Shown: in pieces, positions 57,207 through 64,000 of the stretch
Layout: each line of letters begins with the position of its first letter
How positions within the stretch are numbered: position 1 is the first letter of the stretch
Assembly (NCBI GenBank): GCA_034670025.1
Contig: JAXMOE010000003.1
Location: 16,708 to 80,707, forward strand
From: Chlorobiota bacterium
GTDB taxonomy: Bacteria > Bacteroidota > Ignavibacteria > Kapaibacteriales > UBA2268
Direction of reading: 5' to 3'
Length of the DNA: 64,000 bases
Translations under genes and position numbers: made by a program
The notes under the pieces: generated by a model
Database searches by the model: none
Seen by the model: only the letters and a program-made list of their open reading frames with translations
Told to the model about the DNA's origin: nothing

Positions 57207-59178
57207 GGGGGTATTCTAATTCCTTTATACCGATTTCTTTAAAGTATTTATAAGTATCATCATAAAAATGACAAGATCTGGTTTCATCTGTTATGCTTCC
57301 TTTGGGTATAAATATTACCATACCTTGTCTTGCTCTGGTGAGAAGGACCCTATATGTGTTTTTTAGATATTCTTTGTCAATTTCTTTATTGATATTTTGC
57401 CATTTTGTGCCTTTGAAATTTTGATATTTCCATTCTCTATTTTCTATATGAAAATTCCCACCCCAAGCAATACAAGCCCAATCAATTTCCAACCCTTGAA
57501 TATCAAATTCTGTTGCGACTTCTTCTAAGAAGAATGAAGACCTAACATCATTATTATCATTTAAAAACCAATTTGATGCTGTGATTTCATTTTTGACATT
57601 TATACCTAAATGACGAAGTCTTCTTGCACCTGAAGAACTAATTATACCAATTCTTTCAGACCCTTTAGCATTATTACGTAGCCATTCTTTTGCTTTATCT
57701 AGATTTCTTGTTAATACAATAGGATATACATTGCATATCATAGAGTAAATTTTCTTTGAACTTTCAAGTTTATTATTTAGCAATTCATGTATGAAATTTG
57801 ACAATTGTTCTGACCTAAATGATCTTACTGAAACTGCTAGATGTAATTCTGCCAAACTTTTTCCTTTTTCCAATAACCATTTTTTAGAACTATCAGATTT
57901 TAAATAGTTATCACTTTCTAATATTGTATTCGAATAATGAACTTCCCAGTCTTGGAAATGTTCTTCAAGAGATTTAATCCACTCTTCTAAACCTGCTTCG
58001 CCAGTATTGATTTCTTGTCCGCCACCTATCAAGCAAACTATAGTACACCAATCAGTATGCCTATTCATAACTTCAATTAAGAATTCAGGTTCCGACTTAT
58101 TAAATTCATCATTGCCTTTTTTTCTTTTCATAAATGAACTAGCTTGCTTTCTAGTCCAAGCTCTTTGTGCCTCATCAAAAACAACTACCTTTTCAATAGG
58201 CGCTTTATTTGAAAGTAAATTATCGTCTCTAAAATGGTGTATATTTTGAATGAATGCATTTGTTTTAATTTTGGCTTGTTCTTTTGTCAGCTTTTTACCA
58301 TTCTTTTTAGCAGTTAAAACTTCATCCCTTGTAAGTGCTTCTCTTAGAACTCCAACTAAAGGGCCATTGCCTGACAAAAACACAGCATGTTCATCTTCAT
58401 CTGCTTTCATTCTTTCTACTGCAATATTTAAACCTGCTAATGTCTTACCGGCACCAGGAACGCCTGTCACAAAACAAATTGATTTAGCTTTGTTAGACTT
58501 AGACTTCTCAATTATAGAATTAATGCCTTCTGCAGTTTTAGAGAGATTAATAGCTCCTGAGTCCGACCTAGTAATCTCTTTAACATTATGCCCTTTGTAT
58601 AGAGCTTGTGCGGCCTCTACAATAGTAGGTGTTGGCTTGTAAATAGAGTTTTCCCAATATTCAATATCAATTGATTCTTTATTATTAATAATATAATTCT
58701 TGAGAGTTTCGGCTAAACTAAATTGATTGGTTTTAGCAGCAGTAATATGATCGAGAACCTGACTATTTTTTTCAGAAACATTTGTTGCGTTAGTTGCTAT
58801 TAGAATTGGTACTAACCTAATATTATGACTTCCTTCATGAAAGTTTTTCAAGTCTATTGTGTAATCAATCACTTGTTCTATTGCGTGTTTATCATAACTA
58901 TCACCACCAACTTTAAATTCAATAATGAAAACAGTATTTTTAATTATAATGATGTTATCAACTCGTTTTCCCATTCTAGGAATTGCAAACTCAAAGTATA
59001 TTCTACCATTTAAACCAACCAGCTGATCTTTTAGTATTGCTATTTGCTTACGCCAAGCATTTACTTGTAATTCTTCTAGTGATCTGTTGCTGTGATTAGC
59101 AGTTAATTCACCTAAAATACTATTATTAGACTCTTGTAGAAAGTCTTTTATATCACTTGAGTAGTAAGCTCTTTTCAT
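57166..59178 (-). CDS. DUF2075 (Schlafen group 3-type) helicase with N-terminal PD-(D/E)xK-like nuclease domain
   Basis: RVDNII...IIEFK; GVPGAGKT; VFDEAQRAW; GGGQEIN; QGLEID; YRVLLTRARQG. Confidence 0.9.
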   Translation of the reverse strand: MKRAYYSSDIKDFLQESNNSILGELTANHSNRSLEELQVNAWRKQIAILKDQLVGLNGRIYFEFAIPRMGKRVDNIIIIKNTVFIIEFKVGGDSYDKHAIEQVIDYTIDLKNFHEGSHNIRLVPILIATNATNVSEKNSQVLDHITAAKTNQFSLAETLKNYIINNKESIDIEYWENSIYKPTPTIVEAAQALYKGHNVKEITRSDSGAINLSKTAEGINSIIEKSKSNKAKSICFVTGVPGAGKTLAGLNIAVERMKADEDEHAVFLSGNGPLVGVLREALTRDEVLTAKKNGKKLTKEQAKIKTNAFIQNIHHFRDDNLLSNKAPIEKVVVFDEAQRAWTRKQASSFMKRKKGNDEFNKSEPEFLIEVMNRHTDWCTIVCLIGGGQEINTGEAGLEEWIKSLEEHFQDWEVHYSNTILESDNYLKSDSSKKWLLEKGKSLAELHLAVSVRSFRSEQLSNFIHELLNNKLESSKKIYSMICNVYPIVLTRNLDKAKEWLRNNAKGSERIGIISSSGARRLRHLGINVKNEITASNWFLNDNNDVRSSFFLEEVATEFDIQGLEIDWACIAWGGNFHIENREWKYQNFKGTKWQNINKEIDKEYLKNTYRVLLTRARQGMVIFIPKGSITDETRSCHFYDDTYKYFKEIGIKELEYPPNAQPPQPHQSRC

Positions 59179-59205
59179 TTTTTTCTTTTTTGTTTGTTAT
59201 TACCC

Positions 59206-60237
59206 CTACCCCATCCCCACACCCAACCACTCCAGAACATTCTTGTGCCAGATGTCCTTGCCCTCTTGTGCGGTTAGGATGCCAGTCTCTACCGCGAAGT
59301 CCACTACTCTGCCTGGGTATGACGTGCCTACTCCCTCCATTTCGCCAAGTGGATATGGGTCGTCCAGTGCCATGATTATTTGGCTGGTGCCTACTCGTCT
59401 TTTCAGCAGCTCTAGGGTGTATGAGTCGTGTACCAGAGTGTCGAAGAATAAGTTCTTGTGGCCGAGTGTTTTACGTGGGTCAGTCAGCCCTTCGAATATA
59501 TCGGGGCGACCGTCGAACCCCTGTATTCGCCTGCCGTAGTTAGCTATACCGAGCATACCACCGTGGGCAAAACTCGTTCGCATATTTGGGAATCGGTTCG
59601 GCAAATCGCGGAGGGTGAACACGTGGATTGTGTCAGCACACTGTGCCATCATCCACACCAGATGGAACCGCCAGTACTTATTTTTCAGAGCAATCATTTT
59701 CTCCCCATCGTAAGGGTGAATCTGCACAGCAAGACCGTATTCGTTGGCGAGTTCATATATCGGGTCCACGTCGGCTTCCGCTATCGATAGCCACTCTCCC
59801 TCGGCATTCAGAAAATGCGTTGGCAAGCAGAGCAATCTCATTCCCAGCTCATTCACGCAGCGGTCTATCTCCTTCAGTGCCTGATCCATATAGAGCGGTT
59901 GCACCACAAACCCACAAGTGAATTTGTCTGGGTACTCACTCTGTATGGAGGCATTGTAATCATTTTGGAAGCGAATAGCGTCGGCACAATCTTGCTTTTC
60001 CCACCCGTTGCAATAGAGCTGCGACAGATTGAGCATAACCCCATGGTCTATTTTGTGTCGCTCCATCCACTCCAGCTTTTCTTTCAGGAAAAAGCTCGGG
60101 TCGGTTATTGGCCTTGACCAATCGCCTTGCCTCATGAATTTCTTATCATCATCTATCCAAAAGAGCTTTTTGTCCTTCATGAACTTGGGTATCTGTGATG
60201 GCTCTGGGAGTATATGTCCGTGTCCGTTTATTCGCAT
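59206..60237 (-). CDS. Amidohydrolase-2 family protein (ACMSD-like decarboxylase)
   Basis: NGHGHILP, QIHP, AHGG, FDTLVH, DDPYPLGE. Confidence 0.8.
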   Translation of the reverse strand: MRINGHGHILPEPSQIPKFMKDKKLFWIDDDKKFMRQGDWSRPITDPSFFLKEKLEWMERHKIDHGVMLNLSQLYCNGWEKQDCADAIRFQNDYNASIQSEYPDKFTCGFVVQPLYMDQALKEIDRCVNELGMRLLCLPTHFLNAEGEWLSIAEADVDPIYELANEYGLAVQIHPYDGEKMIALKNKYWRFHLVWMMAQCADTIHVFTLRDLPNRFPNMRTSFAHGGMLGIANYGRRIQGFDGRPDIFEGLTDPRKTLGHKNLFFDTLVHDSYTLELLKRRVGTSQIIMALDDPYPLGEMEGVGTSYPGRVVDFAVETGILTAQEGKDIWHKNVLEWLGVGMG

Positions 60238-60252
60238 TGTGTTTTTGTAGGG

Positions 60253-60319
60253 TTTTGTGGTTTTAGCTTTACTATTATAACATTAAGATATGGAGTTTTG
60301 CTGTTATTTGCAAGTGGGG
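60253..60319. repeat. 67-bp direct repeat, copy 1 (contains a promoter-like sequence on the minus strand)
   Basis: Matches 60932-60998 with 4 mismatches; minus strand TTGCAA-N17-TATCTT. Confidence 0.9.
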
Positions 60320-60348
60320 GGGGATGGGGTGTGATAACTAGGAAGTAT

Positions 60349-60912
60349 TTACATATACCACTTATTTATCCAATCATTGAATTCTTTTACTCTTTGCTCT
60401 CCATTTGCTAATATATTTTGGTTCATGATAGCGTCATAGTATTCTAATTCATGAATGAGAATCGGGGTTTCAGACACATTTGATTCATGAGTTTTCTTAA
60501 CAACATTTATTAGTATCTTAATAAATTCACTTGTGATTTTTTCACTTTTTTTCATACAGTTGTCTATATCTTGTTCAACATCATTGTCAGTAAAATTTAG
60601 CCCTAACTCATCAATCCAATTGCTAATCAATACCTTCCCATTTTTATCCTTATAGTCTCCTATTACTGCTAATTGGTTTTGAATCCAAAACGCATAATTC
60701 CATTTCGCCTCTGATGAGTCAGAAGCATCCTTAATATTTTCATTTAAGTTTGAATTAGTATTAAACCCAATTGTTAAAGTTGGAAGTCTCGGGTCATCAT
60801 TTTCATCATATACAAAAAAAGAAAACGCGTAAATATCATCTAGTGTCTTATTGTCAATTCTATTAAGGATATTTATCCAAACATCGTAGATATGGTTTTG
60901 AAGTTTACTCAT
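60349..60912 (-). CDS. Hypothetical acidic protein (immunity-protein-like)
   Basis: DIYAFSFFV...EAKWNYAFW...PILIHELEY; bracketed by the 67-bp repeats. Confidence 0.65.
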   Translation of the reverse strand: MSKLQNHIYDVWINILNRIDNKTLDDIYAFSFFVYDENDDPRLPTLTIGFNTNSNLNENIKDASDSSEAKWNYAFWIQNQLAVIGDYKDKNGKVLISNWIDELGLNFTDNDVEQDIDNCMKKSEKITSEFIKILINVVKKTHESNVSETPILIHELEYYDAIMNQNILANGEQRVKEFNDWINKWYM

Positions 60913-60931
60913 TATTCAAATTGAACCTATT

Positions 60932-60998
60932 TTTTGTGGTTTTAGCTTTACTGTTATAGCATTAAGATATGGAGTTTTGCTGAGATTTGCAAGTGGGG
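60932..60998. repeat. 67-bp direct repeat, copy 2
   Basis: Matches 60253-60319. Confidence 0.9.
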
Positions 60999-61019
60999 TG
61001 GGTTGGAAACTATCTAATA

Positions 61020-61484
61020 TTATCGCTTCCATTTTATTTTTATAGCAGTGATTTTGTTCGATTTTAATCTTTCTTTTTCTAATACTTCGAACCCATTTTT
61101 GAGGTAGAATTCTAGTGGCGAAATATAGTTATCACCATTCATTTTCTTATAATCGTTGTGGCTTACAACCCAGCCATTCAGCTCTTTATGTTTCTCTTTT
61201 GCATATCCAATTAACTTAGTCCCATATCCTTTCCCATGATATTCTGAATCTAATATAATTGCAAAGTTCCTTTGTTCTTCCCTTACGAAATCAAAATACC
61301 AACCTACTATTCCTCCTTGACTATTAATCATCAACGCATGGTTTTGATCAATTAAGTTCCCTAGATATTCTTCGAATTCTTCAATTGAATTATAAACTAA
61401 TTGCTCAGGATATTCATTATTCCAGAGTTCGAAAACACGTAGCTTTTCATCATAATCCAAATGATGTTTGTTTACTATATTCAT
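61020..61484 (-). CDS. GNAT-family acetyltransferase
   Basis: YHGKGYGTKLI, FYLKNGF. Confidence 0.85.
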   Translation of the reverse strand: MNIVNKHHLDYDEKLRVFELWNNEYPEQLVYNSIEEFEEYLGNLIDQNHALMINSQGGIVGWYFDFVREEQRNFAIILDSEYHGKGYGTKLIGYAKEKHKELNGWVVSHNDYKKMNGDNYISPLEFYLKNGFEVLEKERLKSNKITAIKIKWKR

Positions 61485-61512
61485 TTCAACACTTTACTCA
61501 ATATATTACCTT

Positions 61513-61905
61513 TCACAAACCCTTTTCTATATTCCATAACCAGTTTATTAGTATTAAAGCTAACAAGACAATTTTGACTCTATTACTCCAATCTTCTGTT
61601 AAAAATTTTAAGAATGAATACTTATCTCTGACAATATCACTTATTATCCAGAAGATTGAAACAGCGATAAAACTGTTAAGCAACAAACCAATTGGATTCA
61701 GAAAAATAGAGGTAGCAACATCTCCTTGAAATAACAGCATAGTAGCCCTAGTTGAGCCACATGCAGGACAAGGCACATCAGTTACCGACTTAAAGATGCA
61801 AAATGATATGTCACTTATTATATTTGGGTAATAGAATAAAGTAAAATATCCAGCACTTAAGATTGATAGAATTATAAGATATTTAGTTCTAGGGCTAGTA
61901 GGCAT
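61513..61905 (-). CDS. DUF2752 membrane protein
   Basis: CIFKSVTDVPCPACGSTRA...NP. Confidence 0.9.
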   Translation of the reverse strand: MPTSPRTKYLIILSILSAGYFTLFYYPNIISDISFCIFKSVTDVPCPACGSTRATMLLFQGDVATSIFLNPIGLLLNSFIAVSIFWIISDIVRDKYSFLKFLTEDWSNRVKIVLLALILINWLWNIEKGL

Positions 61906-62233
61906 TTTGCATAAACTTATGGAAGTTATACTCTTTCGTATTATTAGTTATAATAAACCAATCAACTATAGTCCATATCCCCAATCCACCGCAAGTTATG
62001 AGTTTCAGAACTCCTAGACCAGTTTCACCTAACATAAACCTATCAACTCCGAAACTACCTAAAAATATTGAAATAATAAGTAATATAATAGGATTCTTAA
62101 ATTCAATTGATTGTATGTAAGGGAATCTGGAGTCATCTAAACTTTCTAAATGAGAACGGATAGACATCATTTTATCAGCTGCAAACTTTTCATTCATAGT
62201 AGAAATGAATAGGTCAATTTTATATTGTTCCAT
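61895..62233 (-). CDS. TM2-domain protein
   Basis: SIFLGSFGVDRFMLG...KLITCGGLGIWTIVD. Confidence 0.92.
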   Translation of the reverse strand: MEQYKIDLFISTMNEKFAADKMMSIRSHLESLDDSRFPYIQSIEFKNPIILLIISIFLGSFGVDRFMLGETGLGVLKLITCGGLGIWTIVDWFIITNNTKEYNFHKFMQNAY

Positions 62234-62387
62234 ATATATTCTTCAAATAATTATTAAAATCTATGTATTTAATCGATTTACATGAAATCAATTTAGCCCA
62301 ACATACCAAAACACCACCAAAAATAAAAATTATAATATCCCACCGATAATAATTATCTTATGCAATCAAGAATTACAGACATTGAAA

Positions 62388-64000
62388 ATGAAAAAATACC
62401 TTCTGCTTTTATTAGTTCTTTTACTAACTTCAAAAACTGCCTCGGCAGCAGTGATAACTGGCAAGGTGACTGACGAAAAAACTGGCGAGCCAATAATCTC
62501 CGCCTCGGTGCAGGTAGTGGGAACTAGCAAAGGCACCTATGCTAACCGTGATGGGGTATTCAAATTGCCACAAATTGATAACGTGAAGCAAATAAGGGTG
62601 TCGTCTATTGGGTACAAATCGAAAGTGATTTCTATTTCGGATAAGGATTATTACACGGTTAAGCTGACTCCACAATCCGTAAATATGCAAGAAGCAACAG
62701 TCACCGATGACATATTGGCAACTGAAATCATTCGCCGAGCGGTGGCTAACAAAGAAATAAACCAAAGTAAGATAAAGACCGTAAACAAATCTCTTTTCTC
62801 TAAAATGAAAATAGAAGTTGGAGGGGATATGTTTGAAATTGACAGTGCCGATTTTGAAGATGAAGCAGAAAGAGAAGCGGCAGAAGTGCTAAAAAATATT
62901 ATCGCTGAGACATACTCTCAAAGTTATAAGGATTTTGATAAAAATGTCAGCAAAGATGTTATTATAAAGCGAAGATCAACAGGCAATTTCCCTTCTAATT
63001 TCAATATGCTTTCTTTCTCCTCATTTGTCAATTTCTACAATGACGAGCTAAAGATTGGTACTACTCGCTTTACCAGCCCACTAAGCGAAGACGCTCTGGA
63101 TGAGTATGAATATAAGCTGACTGGTAAAGAGCTGTTCGAAGGGAACTATATTTACAAAATAGAATATGTATCAAAAAGCTCACTATTCCCTGGGTTTGTG
63201 GGCACATTGCATCTGCTTGAAAACACTTATGAACTCGTCTATATTAAGGCCAAACCGATACAAGAAGACGTAATTGAGTTTATTTCTGACTTGGAGTTTG
63301 AAGAGAAGTTCGAGAAAGTTGACTCCCTCTATTGGTACCCAACATTACTCAGCACTAGCGGTACGCTCAATGTGGAAATAATTACTGGACTGATAGAGTT
63401 CGATGCAGAGGCCTCATTAATGTCTGTGGTGGAATCAGTGGAAATTAATAAACCACTCCCTGACTCAGTTTACAGAGAAGAGCAGGAGAGAGTAATAGCC
63501 GTGAGCGATGCCGACAGTTTGGTGTGTGAGTTTTGGACGGAAAACTCGCTTATACAAACGAGCGATGAAGAAGTAATGCTATACCACAAATCAGATTCAA
63601 TTGCTACCGAAAGAGATTTGTTTGCAGGAATGAACGATGAGTCAGATTTTGAATTCAACCAATCTGGTGGGCTAAACAGAGTAGATGGATATACTTTAGG
63701 TGCGGACTTTGTATTTAGGAATATCAGCCAATACTTCAAGCCAAATCTTTACGCTATGTACGCTTTCAGCAATAAGAATATATACTATGGCGGTGAAATT
63801 ACATCGGATATTTTAGGTAATCTGAGCACACGTTTTGCATTCGATTACAACACGAATCCACTTTCCAACAATGTAAACGAAGACATTGTGCTTTCTTCGC
63901 TTACATCGCAGTTCCGCGAAGATTACCACGACTGGTATTTGGCGGAAAGGTTCTCATTTGGGATAGATTATTCACTCCAAAACTTCACTGCAAAAGCTAT
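62388..64000 (+). CDS. Carboxypeptidase-regulatory-like domain / DUF5686 outer-membrane protein (partial, runs off the window)
   Basis: Manual translation: MKKYLLLLLVLLLTSKTASAAVITGKVTDEKTGEPIISASVQVVGTSKGTYANRDGVF...SSIGYK...EIIRRAVANKEIN; absent from the ORF track, consistent with no stop in the window. Confidence 0.8.
   Translation, partial: MKKYLLLLLVLLLTSKTASAAVITGKVTDEKTGEPIISASVQVVGTSKGTYANRDGVFKLPQIDNVKQIRVSSIGYKSKVISISDKDYYTVKLTPQSVNMQEATVTDDILATEIIRRAVANKEINQSKIKTVNKSLFSKMKIEVGGDMFEIDSADFEDEAEREAAEVLKNIIAETYSQSYKDFDKNVSKDVIIKRRSTGNFPSNFNMLSFSSFVNFYNDELKIGTTRFTSPLSEDALDEYEYKLTGKELFEGNYIYKIEYVSKSSLFPGFVGTLHLLENTYELVYIKAKPIQEDVIEFISDLEFEEKFEKVDSLYWYPTLLSTSGTLNVEIITGLIEFDAEASLMSVVESVEINKPLPDSVYREEQERVIAVSDADSLVCEFWTENSLIQTSDEEVMLYHKSDSIATERDLFAGMNDESDFEFNQSGGLNRVDGYTLGADFVFRNISQYFKPNLYAMYAFSNKNIYYGGEITSDILGNLSTRFAFDYNTNPLSNNVNEDIVLSSLTSQFREDYHDWYLAERFSFGIDYSLQNFTAKA

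Noticed and set aside
62430-63739. Minus-strand ORFs 62430-62765 and 63470-63739
   Set aside because: Antisense shadows of the long plus-strand DUF5686-type gene starting at 62388.

Overview
Bacterial chromosomal segment from the Bacteroidota/Chlorobiota (FCB) lineage. Kapabacteria/Ignavibacteria-like affinity is inferred from T9SS C-terminal sorting domains, DUF5686 and BlaI/BlaR-TonB genes and Shine-Dalgarno use. Housekeeping loci (proCBA, polyprenyl synthase-tatC-fbp, pheT-coiled coil-zapA-6S RNA-rny, fhs) alternate with AT-rich accessory genes. The most striking feature is at about 25.2-37.5 kb: intact Mu-like (transposable-phage-type) head and lysis genes (DUF935 portal, gp36/DUF1320 connector, protease/scaffold, major capsid, DUF2190 cement protein, holin-like, CHAP endolysin, fibre). 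They are split into two divergent operons with matching promoter-like motifs and abut pheT. No transposase, integrase, repressor, terminase or tail genes are present in the window. The cluster is interleaved with two signal-peptide proteins sharing an N-terminal domain, one a 1530-aa phage-fibre-like repeat protein. This looks like a domesticated phage-derived particle system (GTA-like candidate) rather than a prophage, which is an inference needing comparative genomics. Other notable items are a secreted triple caspase-domain protease, a TIGR04255/MazF-like three-gene module, two single-gene insertions bracketed by direct repeats (43 bp exact, 67 bp near-exact), a DUF2075 nuclease-helicase insertion and an SpvB/RHS-type gene start at the left edge. 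All family assignments come from motif recognition by eye, without database searches.
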